From sequence record SRR20825006_2737: a stretch of 64,000 nucleotides of DNA; one strand, written 5' to 3'. This document shows, piece by piece, positions 21,210 to 31,513 of this stretch. The number at the start of each line of letters is the position of its first letter. Position 1 is the stretch's first letter. Made by a program: the position numbers and the translations under genes. Under the pieces are notes generated by a model that did not search any database, was not told where the DNA came from, and saw only the letters and a program-made list of their open reading frames with translations.

Positions 21210-22367
21210 TTACTGCTTGACGGCTTTCACTTCCGCGGACGGCTTGGGAACCGCGAAAAACGTGTTGGCACGGCGGACGCTATCGGGATCCACTTTTTCA
21301 AGCTCTTCGATTGCTTCGGCGGCTTCTGGTTTTGGGCAGGCTCGAAGGTAATTGACCGCGGGAACTCGCACCCAATTGTTCTCCGCGTCAGCGTCCAAGA
21401 ACAACTGCTTGATGCGATCGATTTGGCTCCAATCTTTCCAACGAGCCAAATCGGGAATCACCAAGTCAGCCAGGTCAGGCCGGTCGAGAATGTGGTGCAG
21501 CGATTGAACCAGGGCACTGCGAGCAATCACGCCGCCCTCACTGCCGTGAAACCGGACCGCCATGATCGCGGCATAGGTGTCAGCATAGGACGCCTGCTTG
21601 TTCTCAAGAAACAGCTCGTCGATCACTGGCAGGCCCTGCTCTCCCGCGAGAGTCAGGTAGCAAGCGATCAGAGCGTCGAGCCCTGAACGGCTGCTCTTTT
21701 GCGTGCTTTTGAGCATCGATTCCAGCATCGGCAGGTCTTCTTGATCGCCGCAAATGCCCAACAAAGTCAAATACATGCGTTTGCGGTCGGGCGACATTTC
21801 GGGATCTTGAATCCAAGTGACCAAGGTATCGTGGTCCAAGGCCGATTTGATCTTTTGAATTTCATCGTAAGGCGTAGATGCAAATTCGTCGTACGCGTCC
21901 CGCGACAGCATTGAATCTTCGTCTTGCAGGTACTCGTAGTAGAACAGCAATCGCTCGGACGGCTCTTTGTCAGCCAACTGCGTGATCTTTTCCAGATACT
22001 TCTCGCTTTTTGGCGTCAGTGGCAGGCAAGACCATTGCATGTCGCGAGGATCGACTCCGCTGAGCATAAAGCGGCGTCCTTTGGCCACATCGCCGAAATA
22101 GACCGCAGTGACCTCTTGACCGGCTTCGACGTGTTCGCCGCCCTTGAGCACGGTTTCGATTCGCATTTTTATCTGTCCGGTGTCCGCATTGCGGGTCAAA
22201 TCGCTCTGCAACGCAGTTGCGACGACCACCGCGTCCATGACCTCCATCTCTTGCCGCAGCGTTTGAGACACGGCACTGCAGAACGGGCAGGCGGACGCGA
22301 CTGGACCGGCCACGAGAGTTCCGAGCACCAACACGCCGACGAGGACACGAGTTTTCAGAGTGGTCAT
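21210..22367 (-). CDS. Secreted hypothetical protein with CPFC at the mature N-terminus and HEAT-like C-terminal helices
   Basis: Signal peptide ending ASA followed by CPFCSA; long clean ORF. Confidence 0.7.
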   Translation of the reverse strand: MTTLKTRVLVGVLVLGTLVAGPVASACPFCSAVSQTLRQEMEVMDAVVVATALQSDLTRNADTGQIKMRIETVLKGGEHVEAGQEVTAVYFGDVAKGRRFMLSGVDPRDMQWSCLPLTPKSEKYLEKITQLADKEPSERLLFYYEYLQDEDSMLSRDAYDEFASTPYDEIQKIKSALDHDTLVTWIQDPEMSPDRKRMYLTLLGICGDQEDLPMLESMLKSTQKSSRSGLDALIACYLTLAGEQGLPVIDELFLENKQASYADTYAAIMAVRFHGSEGGVIARSALVQSLHHILDRPDLADLVIPDLARWKDWSQIDRIKQLFLDADAENNWVRVPAVNYLRACPKPEAAEAIEELEKVDPDSVRRANTFFAVPKPSAEVKAVKQ

Positions 22368-22645
22368 GAATTCACAAAAGGTGGGTGGGTGACTTGCGGG
22401 ATATCGAGGACGTTTTCTGTCGCCGATGCATCAGAGTCTACGTTTCAGATCGGACGGTGTTCAGACCGCCCCCAACCGAAATTCTAGCACTTGGACCAAT
22501 AATCGGAAACGAAACGACTCATCCTGATCGATGGGTTGTGCCGATAACTCCGATGAAACCAGTGTGGACCACGCCACGCGGGAAAACCACGCGATCAAAA
22601 AGATCCATCGCCTAACGCGATTCATACCCGGGGGGGAATGTCGGA

Positions 22646-23056
22646 ATGTACCAACGAGCTACCATCTTGGCCGCAGCAGCGGTCGTCTTCATTGTGGGCT
22701 TTGCCTGCGATTCTCATCACGCCGACGCTCAGGGCTACGGTGCCCCTGTGGCAATGGGAGCCGGTGGAACCCTTCCCAATGCGATGGGTCAAATGGGCTA
22801 CCAGGGCCAGCGTGCCTATGGCCAAAGCTGGGGATCATCCGCCGCCAACACCGATTGGAACCGGATGTACCACTATCCCTATGTCTATTACCCCCAAAAC
22901 TTCTGGGGCCAGGATTATTACAAGAGCAGCGACAGCTTGTATCATCGCTACCCAACGGAAATGAGAATTCCCGTTTACAATAAAAGCTGGCACAACTATT
23001 ACCCCAGCAATCGCCGGTTCCACAAAGGGCACCACTTCATTCTTGACACGTTCTAG
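22646..23056 (+). CDS. Small secreted Tyr/His/Pro-rich hypothetical protein
   Basis: Signal peptide ending ADA, then YHYPYVYYPQNFWG..YYPSNRRFHKGHHF. Confidence 0.7.
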   Translation: MYQRATILAAAAVVFIVGFACDSHHADAQGYGAPVAMGAGGTLPNAMGQMGYQGQRAYGQSWGSSAANTDWNRMYHYPYVYYPQNFWGQDYYKSSDSLYHRYPTEMRIPVYNKSWHNYYPSNRRFHKGHHFILDTF

Positions 23057-24545
23057 TCGACCGTCACGCCCCAGATCGCTCATCAAACAGCTCGATGCAT
23101 CCACCGCACGCGTGTGGATCATCGATGCTGCCGGTGACCTGATTCACCTTTCGCCCTCAATGGCGGAGTGGCTGGGGGAATCCACCGAGACGGACGAGTC
23201 ACAAACGGTCCAGACGATGTCCGACCAATGGGTCGACGCGCTGCGTCCTGATCCATCGATCCGTTTTCGAGGTCACCAAACCCGACGGATCACTCTTTCA
23301 GAACATCTTGGTGAATCGAAGAGTGTCGGCGATCGAGAGGGTGTTGGCGAGAGTCGCACCGGCGAAGAAGCGTTGACCGCGGTCGCCCATTGGGTGTCAC
23401 TCGGCGACAGCGGCTACACGATTGGCTGCGTCGGTGAATTTCTTCGTGATAGCGAAGTGCCGCTTTCCGACTGGTTGGGTGAAGGCGGACTGCGTCAGGA
23501 ATCGCTGCTTCGCGAATTGATTGCCAAGCATCAAACCTCCAATGCCCGCACCGCGGACATTTTGCTGGCGGGAGAATCCGACGCCGCGGAGTTGCTGCGT
23601 CGACGCGTGACCACCGCAACTTCGATGCGATGTCATCTTGGTCTGTTCACACCAACCAATTCGAGCAGTCGTGAACTGGCGTTGCGACTTCACGACGCGT
23701 CCGCACCTGGCGAATCACTTACGATCGTCGACGGAGCCTTGATGGATGCAGAGCTTTTAGAAGCTTACGCTGCTCCGGCGATCCAATCGATCAACCAACA
23801 CGATTCCCATCGCAGCAACGCGACGCTGCTGATCGAACGTCTGGATGAAATGCCCGACGATGCCCAGGTCAAATTAAGTCAGTGGGTGGAAGTGTTTGGC
23901 GACCACCTTCGTCTCATCGGCATGCTTGATCCTGCGCGTGTCGTGGAGAACCATTTGCATCGCGGCGAACCCGATGATCCTTTGGATGCGCAAATTGCTG
24001 AACTGACTCATATGCCGCAAGCGGTCACGGGCATCGCCAAGCCATTGATGAACCTGATGCGTGCCATGCCAATCACGATCCCTCGTTTGAAGGATCGTCG
24101 CGAGGACATCCCGACGTTGGCAACGGCGTTGCTTCGGGAGGCTCATCGGTCTGGCCAACCGCAAAAACGAATGTCCGACTCTGATCTGCCCCGCTTGGGT
24201 CGCGACGCAATGGACGCGTTGACACTGTATCCCTGGCCGAATGATTTTGATGAACTTGCCGAAGCGATGGGCTCTGCACTTGGTCGCGTTGTGGGAGATC
24301 GAATCGGGCGTGATCACCTGCCCCTGGTCATTCGTTCCTATCGAGTCGGCCCTCGAACCGAATCGGAACAAGAACCCGAAAGAATCGAAAACAACTTCCG
24401 GATCGATTCACTGGACGAGGCAGTTCAGAAGTATGAACGAGAATTGATCGAACGAGCGATGGAAGCGTCGCAAGGCAACAAGGCCGAAGCGGCTCGCCGT
24501 TTGGGAATCAGCCGTGCTCGATTGCTGCGAAAGCTGGACGGATGA
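23043..24545 (+). CDS. Degenerate sigma-54 activator-like protein with C-terminal Fis HTH
   Basis: IPRLKDRREDIP, YPWPND, GNKAEAARRLGISR present; no Walker A or GAFTGA visible. Confidence 0.78.
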   Translation: MTRSSRPSRPRSLIKQLDASTARVWIIDAAGDLIHLSPSMAEWLGESTETDESQTVQTMSDQWVDALRPDPSIRFRGHQTRRITLSEHLGESKSVGDREGVGESRTGEEALTAVAHWVSLGDSGYTIGCVGEFLRDSEVPLSDWLGEGGLRQESLLRELIAKHQTSNARTADILLAGESDAAELLRRRVTTATSMRCHLGLFTPTNSSSRELALRLHDASAPGESLTIVDGALMDAELLEAYAAPAIQSINQHDSHRSNATLLIERLDEMPDDAQVKLSQWVEVFGDHLRLIGMLDPARVVENHLHRGEPDDPLDAQIAELTHMPQAVTGIAKPLMNLMRAMPITIPRLKDRREDIPTLATALLREAHRSGQPQKRMSDSDLPRLGRDAMDALTLYPWPNDFDELAEAMGSALGRVVGDRIGRDHLPLVIRSYRVGPRTESEQEPERIENNFRIDSLDEAVQKYERELIERAMEASQGNKAEAARRLGISRARLLRKLDG

Positions 24546-24940
24546 ATGCCGTGCAGATCAAACTTTGGGTGACCGGCCCCGAGTCCGAACGCTGGTTCGA
24601 TGCCGTGAGGGTGATGTGGAGCACTGATTTCCACCCGGAATCATTTACCTCGCTCGACGATATTCCGATTCGCAAACGCAATCTTCGGTCCTCGCAACCG
24701 GCCACCGCCGAAGTCGTTTTGTGGGCCGGCGACCAAAATGGGATCCACGAACTGATCCAGTGGTTCCACTCTCGATCAACTCAGCCCGGCAATCGCCTTT
24801 ACATTGCGGCGGGTCAATGGTCCGATGCCGAACGTTCGGTACTGCAACGATTTGGCGTTCGTCTGATTGTTGCCGAGTTGACCGACCTGATCGCTGTTGA
24901 GCACGTTGTGCGAGAGTGGTCGCTTCGCATCTCACATTGA
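24542..24940 (+). CDS. Hypothetical protein (possible degenerate receiver-like fold)
   Basis: ATGA overlap with upstream gene; fills the gap in the operon. Confidence 0.55.
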   Translation: MNAVQIKLWVTGPESERWFDAVRVMWSTDFHPESFTSLDDIPIRKRNLRSSQPATAEVVLWAGDQNGIHELIQWFHSRSTQPGNRLYIAAGQWSDAERSVLQRFGVRLIVAELTDLIAVEHVVREWSLRISH

Positions 24941-24962
24941 CCAATTCATCTCGCTCGCATTC

Positions 24963-26177
24963 ATGACTTCCACCAATGAAACGACCGCAACTCGACTGAC
25001 GGGCGTGGGGCTTTCAGCCGTTGCCGTGCTCGGTCTTCGCGGCCCGCGGGCACTTCAATGCGTGCAGGATTGTTTCACTCCCGCAACGAATGCTTCATCG
25101 AGTTTGTCGGCAGGACAGGTTCGCTACGGAACGTGGAGGAGCAGCGACGACGGTCCCGGAGAATCAATCGTCCTGACCCCAATGACCGATGGCAGCTTTG
25201 AGATTCATGGGCATGGAGGAGAGGCCGCGGTCAGTGCCATCCTCGCTTCGCTCACCGATCGCGGTGTTGAATCGGTTGAGTCATCGACTTGGCAGCAATC
25301 CGCACCGATCTTGTTGTCCGAAGCGGAACACGTCCTGCAACGCTGCGTGACCAGCCAACAAGCTGCCGTCGCGCTCGATCAAACTCGAGGCCAACTATCT
25401 CAGTGGGGTCAGCGGTGGCTTCAGCGTATCGATGAGGTTTCATCTTCGGACGAGTTGTCAGAAGAAACAGAATCTTTGCTCGCAGCACTTTGCAAGGAAG
25501 CCCAAACGATCGCGACTAACGGCGAACGTGGAGTCCGCCTAACGGAACCTCGTCGTTTGGTTTTGGCGGGACCACCAAATGTGGGCAAGAGCAGTTTGAT
25601 GAATCAAATCGTCGGCTTCCGACGCAGCATCACGCATGACTCCGCGGGCACGACTCGAGACGTTTTGCAATGCGACACCGTGATTGCCGGGGTTCCGGTA
25701 CGAATGAGCGATACCGCAGGCATTCGCGAAACGAGCCATCTGACGGAGTCGAGCGTGGCGATCGAACGAGAGGGGATTCGCCGCGCTTCGGTGGCCGTTG
25801 AGTCGGCCGATCTGCTGCTGATTGTGTGTCAACCGTCGACGCTGATTGATTTGCAAGACTTTCGACGATCCCTGCCGGTCTCAAATAAAACCCATGTTGT
25901 GGAAGTGCTCAACAAAGCAGACTTGCTGAGGGACAATACCAAGTCGATGGCTGACGAAATTGAGCATCAAACCATCGCGAGTGAAGATGACGATCCCGGT
26001 GTCGGCAAACTGATAAAAACGCTCGCCGCACACCTGACCGCAACACTTCCCCCTCGCCATTCACCGGTTCCAATCTGCAAACGACAGCTCGAACTGACGA
26101 ATCAACTTTGCCAGGCAACGTCATTGAAGAACGCGGCGACTATGTTGCGACAATTGCTAACCGGAGTCGCATCGTGA
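24963..26177 (+). CDS. MnmE/TrmE-like GTPase
   Basis: EIHGHGG, GPPNVGKSS, GTTRD, DTAGIR, IEREGIRR, NKAD. Confidence 0.82.
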   Translation: MTSTNETTATRLTGVGLSAVAVLGLRGPRALQCVQDCFTPATNASSSLSAGQVRYGTWRSSDDGPGESIVLTPMTDGSFEIHGHGGEAAVSAILASLTDRGVESVESSTWQQSAPILLSEAEHVLQRCVTSQQAAVALDQTRGQLSQWGQRWLQRIDEVSSSDELSEETESLLAALCKEAQTIATNGERGVRLTEPRRLVLAGPPNVGKSSLMNQIVGFRRSITHDSAGTTRDVLQCDTVIAGVPVRMSDTAGIRETSHLTESSVAIEREGIRRASVAVESADLLLIVCQPSTLIDLQDFRRSLPVSNKTHVVEVLNKADLLRDNTKSMADEIEHQTIASEDDDPGVGKLIKTLAAHLTATLPPRHSPVPICKRQLELTNQLCQATSLKNAATMLRQLLTGVAS

Positions 26178-27436
26178 CCTCGTCATCGGTTGAATTGGAA
26201 GTCACGGACGAACTGCGTGAGGCCATGCGAGATTGCATCGCCGGACGCCTGCATTCGCCGGTGATGCAAACATTGTCCGGTGGAACCAAGGCGATCCTAA
26301 AAGACATAGCGGGATTGCAAACCCGAGCGATCGCCACGCTTGGTCCGCCTAAACGGGATGGCGAATCATGGTGGGTGACTCGACGAGCGATCCAACAATC
26401 CACCACCCTTCGAGTCGCGGACTTCAAAGCAACTTGGTTTGGCGATCAGCCGGTTACGGACATTTGCTGTGGTATTGGTGGCGACCTGATCGCTTTGGCT
26501 CGTCGGGGCCCAGCCAACGGGATCGACGCAAGCCAATCGGTTCTCTCGTTCACCGCCGCGAATTTGATCACGGCCGATGTCACCGCGAATCTGCGTCGTT
26601 TGGATGTGATGCAATCGGAACCGGCTGAGGTTACCGATGGCTCGAAATGGATTCACATCGATCCCGACCGAAGAGCCGACAATCAACGACACACTCAACC
26701 TGATGCTTGGCTGCCGAGTTGGGAACGTACCGAGCAGTTGCTCGGTCAGGCCGAAGGTGGTTTGGTAAAGATGGCTCCCGCGACAACGCTTGATTCATCC
26801 GTCACCCAGTCTTGTCACCTGATGTGGATCTCATCTGGGGGAAGCGTCCGTGAGCAGACCGCGATCTGGGGCAAATTTCCAACACCACCGGAAATTCCAA
26901 GCGATGAACAGGATTGGCAGGTCGGTGGACGATCCGCGGTCATTCTGAAGCATGACTCTACCTATCGTTTCGCTTGCAGTTCGGACAACTGGACGGAGTC
27001 CGCACCGTCCACATCTTCGGTCGAAAGCTGGATGATCGATCCGGATGGAGCCATTCGCGCAGCGGGACTGACGGACCATTTCGCTCGTCGTCATCACGCC
27101 AAAACGTTGGGCGGACCGTCCGGATTTTTGACCGCCGACTGGAATGAAACGGACGTCGCAAATTCGTTTTCACAAGCATCCATTGGTGAACTTGCCATGT
27201 TCGCGAAAATTCACGATCGACTTTCCTGCGACGATCGGGCTCTGCGACGATACTTTCGGAAAGCGAAGTCATATCCAGAAATCATCAAGGTTCGCGGAGT
27301 CGACATCGACCCGGCCAAGTTGGGCAAAAAGCTTCGCGAGTGCGGAGAGACTCCCCTGGCGTTGTGGATCGGCAGGAACGGTAAAAAAACCTATGCGGTC
27401 GTGACGAACTTGCCCCAGCAAGCCCCCACTTTCTAG
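26174..27436 (+). CDS. Class I SAM-dependent methyltransferase with THUMP-like C-terminus
   Basis: QQST..VA, DICCGIGGD, IDPDRR, DPDGAIRAAGL; GTGA overlap with upstream gene. Confidence 0.75.
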   Translation: MTSSSVELEVTDELREAMRDCIAGRLHSPVMQTLSGGTKAILKDIAGLQTRAIATLGPPKRDGESWWVTRRAIQQSTTLRVADFKATWFGDQPVTDICCGIGGDLIALARRGPANGIDASQSVLSFTAANLITADVTANLRRLDVMQSEPAEVTDGSKWIHIDPDRRADNQRHTQPDAWLPSWERTEQLLGQAEGGLVKMAPATTLDSSVTQSCHLMWISSGGSVREQTAIWGKFPTPPEIPSDEQDWQVGGRSAVILKHDSTYRFACSSDNWTESAPSTSSVESWMIDPDGAIRAAGLTDHFARRHHAKTLGGPSGFLTADWNETDVANSFSQASIGELAMFAKIHDRLSCDDRALRRYFRKAKSYPEIIKVRGVDIDPAKLGKKLRECGETPLALWIGRNGKKTYAVVTNLPQQAPTF

Positions 27437-27566
27437 CGGGAAGACTCGGCCCAAATTCCGTTGATCGGTCGTTCGCACGAGCAATCGGGTTTCAATTATA
27501 GTGGTGCGGTTGAGATCGACTGATCTCGTCTCCTCTCTTCTTCTTCTCGATTCGGACCACGGTGTT

Positions 27567-28394
27567 ATGGGCGTTCGTTTTGCTTGCCATGCGTGTGGGA
27601 AGCGACTGAACATCAAGAACGAACTCGCCGGACGTCAGGGTGTTTGCCCAGCGTGCTCGGTCCGCTTTCGCATTCCGACAGAAGACCGCCCGCAGTCGAT
27701 CGCTATCGAAGAAGAATCTTCAGGCAGCCACCCGGCGGAGGTTCCGGACGAGCAAGATCCGACCGACGTGCTTGATTCATCGGACCAGACCCCAAGCGTC
27801 GATGTCGCTGACTCATCGTCGTCGTCCAGCACCTATGCGGCAACCGCGTCTGGTGGTTCGACAACCATCGAACGACCCAAGGTCGAGAAGAAGGCGAAAC
27901 CCAAGTCGGAGAAACGACCGGCTGATCCAGCCACAGCTGAACCAACCAAGCCTGAAGAGATTCTCGGTGATTCAACTGCGGTTTGGTATGTCCGTCCGCC
28001 AAGCGGCGGCCAATACGGCCCCGCCGACGGTCCGACGATGAAACAATGGATCTCCGAAGGCCGCATTGCTGATTCGGCAATGTTGTGGCGAGATGGTTGG
28101 CCAGATTGGAAATCTGCCGGCGAAATCCTACGTCAGTTGAATCACAAAGGTCCGACGATCGCCGCTCAACCGGCTCCCAAGCCCATTCTGGCGACACCCG
28201 GCAACGCACACCTCGTCGATGGCAGATTGGTCGACGCCTCTGCTGATCGAGACAAAGTTGCGATCCTTCATCGAGGTGGCCCGCTCGAATCAAGCAAACG
28301 CAAGCGGTCTCGAAAACGGATCGCCGCGACCGTTGCATTGATTCTGCTGCTGGTGGTTCTGGTTGCTGCTCTGGCGTACGTCATCACGCGCTGA
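27567..28394 (+). CDS. Zinc-ribbon + GYF_2 (DUF4339) domain membrane protein
   Basis: CHACG..CPAC, WYVRPPSGGQYGP..WISEGRI..LWRDGWPDW, C-terminal TM. Confidence 0.8.
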   Translation: MGVRFACHACGKRLNIKNELAGRQGVCPACSVRFRIPTEDRPQSIAIEEESSGSHPAEVPDEQDPTDVLDSSDQTPSVDVADSSSSSSTYAATASGGSTTIERPKVEKKAKPKSEKRPADPATAEPTKPEEILGDSTAVWYVRPPSGGQYGPADGPTMKQWISEGRIADSAMLWRDGWPDWKSAGEILRQLNHKGPTIAAQPAPKPILATPGNAHLVDGRLVDASADRDKVAILHRGGPLESSKRKRSRKRIAATVALILLLVVLVAALAYVITR

Positions 28395-28445
28395 TGCGAC
28401 AACCGGCTGATCGTTGCATCAGCCAACTCGTCCTGCACGACGACT

Positions 28446-30491
28446 TTAACCTGCTGCTGTAGCCAGACGTTTCGGACACGAGTGTGCCTGAACGTGCAGT
28501 TCTCGCAGCAACTCAATGTCACTCAGCAAAGCTCGTCTCAGTTCCATCGGAATCTTGGACACATCAACGCCACGGGCTTCTTCCTTGCCAGTCTGCAAAC
28601 GCTGACTCGCATTGCGAACCAAGTTCCGTTCGCTATCGGTCATCGGATGTTCCGCGTGACTGGCCCGCAGCACACCGTGATGCGTGTGGAAGTAAGTCGG
28701 ACTATCAATCAATTGCTCCAACATCGAAGACTTTGGCAAAACGGACCACTTTTGCTGCGATGCCAACATGGCATCTTCGTAGAGCTGATAGACCTCAGGA
28801 ACGTTTGATTCTTGAGGAATCAGCAGCAACCGCAGCTTTGCCAGTGTCTTGCCAATTTCACGGCTTGCCATCGCCATCGCGAGCGGCACCGCCAGGATGA
28901 GTCCCGCGGTAATCGGCAAGAACCACACGGCCCACGATTGAGCGAAGGTGAATACCGCCGCGGTGATCACCACACCGAGGACAGTCAAACCGCCGTAGTC
29001 GCGAATCGCCTGGAATACTGGAACACCGTGCTCACCACGTTGTTGTGACGACCATTTCACCTTGCGACCACGCAGCGTCGAAACGACAAAACGAGTATGC
29101 ATGATGGCCATGATCGGCGACAGCAAGATCGACAAAACGATCTCCAACAAAACGCTGATCATCATCGCAATCGCACCGCCAAACCGCACCGCCTGCCCCC
29201 GAACGACCACGTTGAAGTAGCCATAAAACTTCGGGATCAGCAGCATAGCCATCGCTGTGATGAACAATCCCAACTGCATCGCGGTCGGCGAAACAGCGTC
29301 CAATAGTTCCAGTTCGGTGGCACCTCGGTTTTCGAGTGCCCAACTGGCAACGCACAAACATGTGAACAAGATCCAGAGCGGCGAACTGGCATATGCCAAG
29401 ACACCACTAAAAAAGTGCAGACGGCTAACCGGATGAAAACCTTCACTGAGCAGCAATCGACTGTGTTGCAAGTTGCCTTGGCACCAACGTTGATCTCTTT
29501 GTGCGTAGTCCGTCAATGTTGTGGGACACTCCTCGTAACTTCCGCCGAGGTCGTTGGCCAAGCGGACCTTCCAGCCTCGACGAACCAGCAACGAGGCTTC
29601 GACAAAGTCATGCGACAAAATCTCTCCGCCCAACGGAGCTTGTCCAGGCAGAACGGGTAGATCGCAGCAATCGCAAAACGCTTCGACACGAATGATCGCA
29701 TTGTGACCCCAATAGTTTCCTTGTTCGGCCGCCCAAGCGTCGAAGCCTTCGCAGAATACGGGACCGTAGGCCGCAGCCGCAAACTGTTGCATGCGCGCGA
29801 ACCACGACTGTCGACCGATGGGCGTCGGTGGAACTTGCAAAATGCCAAGCCGGTCATCGGCTCGCATCCGCCGAACCATCTCAATCATCGTGTCGGGTTC
29901 GAGCAGGCTGTCAGCATCCAAGACAATCATGAATGGATACGGATCGGACCAACGTCGACAGAAATCTGCAATGTTCCCAGCCTTGCGAGCCACGTTTTCC
30001 CGGCGATGCCGGTAATAAACATTGCACGAAGTTGAAACCTGCTCTTCCAAGCGATCCATCAGCTGAGACCAAGCCAGCTCTTCGGCGAGCCAAACCTCAG
30101 AATCATTTGTGTCGCTGAGAACAAAGAAATCAAATCGTTGATCCGGTCCCAAACTGCGGACCATCGCTTCCACTCTGGCGAAAACGTCGATGGGAGACTC
30201 GTTATAGACCGGCACCAACACCGCCGTCGGCGGGTCATCTCCCGTGGATGGTTCCGCTTCTGCTGTGGTCGGTCGTCGACGAAGTAAACGGACGAAGCCC
30301 AACGTTGCGACAACAAACGAAAAAGCAATCCATCCAAACAGCAAGGCGAACAACGGAACGCTCAACCATTCCAACCACCCGCGACCGTTGGCGGACATCG
30401 ACACCACGTAAACGGACGTGCCGGCCATCGCGATCACCAATGTGATGACTGCGATCAACCAACGTGTTCGCTTGGTGCTTTTACTGACCAT
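28446..30491 (-). CDS. opgH: Glucans biosynthesis glucosyltransferase H (GT2)
   Basis: PVYNE, LSDT, RKAGNIADF, LDADS, YWGHNAIIR, LSHDFVEA, RDQRWCQGNLQH. Confidence 0.93.
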   Translation of the reverse strand: MVSKSTKRTRWLIAVITLVIAMAGTSVYVVSMSANGRGWLEWLSVPLFALLFGWIAFSFVVATLGFVRLLRRRPTTAEAEPSTGDDPPTAVLVPVYNESPIDVFARVEAMVRSLGPDQRFDFFVLSDTNDSEVWLAEELAWSQLMDRLEEQVSTSCNVYYRHRRENVARKAGNIADFCRRWSDPYPFMIVLDADSLLEPDTMIEMVRRMRADDRLGILQVPPTPIGRQSWFARMQQFAAAAYGPVFCEGFDAWAAEQGNYWGHNAIIRVEAFCDCCDLPVLPGQAPLGGEILSHDFVEASLLVRRGWKVRLANDLGGSYEECPTTLTDYAQRDQRWCQGNLQHSRLLLSEGFHPVSRLHFFSGVLAYASSPLWILFTCLCVASWALENRGATELELLDAVSPTAMQLGLFITAMAMLLIPKFYGYFNVVVRGQAVRFGGAIAMMISVLLEIVLSILLSPIMAIMHTRFVVSTLRGRKVKWSSQQRGEHGVPVFQAIRDYGGLTVLGVVITAAVFTFAQSWAVWFLPITAGLILAVPLAMAMASREIGKTLAKLRLLLIPQESNVPEVYQLYEDAMLASQQKWSVLPKSSMLEQLIDSPTYFHTHHGVLRASHAEHPMTDSERNLVRNASQRLQTGKEEARGVDVSKIPMELRRALLSDIELLRELHVQAHSCPKRLATAAG

Positions 30492-30942
30492 CGGTCATTG
30501 CCTCAGGCTGCGGCGATCGGCCCTTACCATCAACCAACCCAAACATCGCGAGGATAGGTTGTTGAATGTGACGCGATGCCATCTGCATCCACCACTGCGG
30601 CCGCAACGGGCCGATCAAAGGCGGGGTCTCGTTGTGACGCAATGTCCGAGCTCCAGATCGCGGAATCACTCGACGACGTTGGTTGCCTTCCACTTCGTTT
30701 TCGCTGGATCGAAAGAACAACTCGTCCATCGCCGCTTCCAAAGTCAACTGCGGAAGACGTGGGTCATCAGTCTCGCTCGGATCGTGCAGATCTTCGGTGC
30801 AACCCGCGTCAACTCGCAAACGCTGTTTAGCGAGTCCGACAAAGTAGTGAGATTGGTCACGAACACTGTCGGGATGGTGGTGCCCGCAGCGATGCAAATA
30901 GTCCGCAATGACAGACAGAGAAAGGTCGTTGAGAGTGTTCAT
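30481..30942 (-). CDS. Hypothetical protein immediately upstream of opgH
   Basis: Overlaps the opgH start by 11 nt on the same strand. Confidence 0.55.
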   Translation of the reverse strand: MNTLNDLSLSVIADYLHRCGHHHPDSVRDQSHYFVGLAKQRLRVDAGCTEDLHDPSETDDPRLPQLTLEAAMDELFFRSSENEVEGNQRRRVIPRSGARTLRHNETPPLIGPLRPQWWMQMASRHIQQPILAMFGLVDGKGRSPQPEAMTDGQ

Positions 30943-31513
30943 CGGAAGAGCCTGAAAAGAAAAGGGGCCAGTCGAATGAGTGGCGAGTGGGCTTCACGTG
31001 ATGTCAAACCAAACGGTCAAAGCATCGACGTTCACCACCACCAGGGTTTATCAAATCCCGCGCCAGAAATTTCGGTCGCGCCCGCAAATTCCTCCGGAAA
31101 TTAACTAAGGGAGTTTCGACCGGCTCACTGGGCATGCTAAGCATCGCATCGCCTCCCTCATTGATATGAGAAAGCAGTGTGAATTTCTTGCGGGTCGATG
31201 GGGTGATGAATCCGCATGCAAATCGACGCCCGTTGAACGATTTGCTGCCAAAATTGGGCGCAGCTGGGCGAAAGTGGCGGGATCAACTCAGATTCTTGTT
31301 CTCAGCTTCAACGATGGCTGAAAATCGAATCCTGAGCTTGCGACAACGCCTAAGCAAAACTAGCATCCCTAATCCACAAACAAAGTCGCCCATTGGCCCG
31401 TAGAAGAGTTTGCCCCCGCCTTTTTGGCAGCTCGTCCTGATACGGAGTCTCTGCTGCGTTGTCGCAGCGATGGTCGACAACCTGCCAACACCCCGCCTAT
31501 TGGATCCGTCAGC

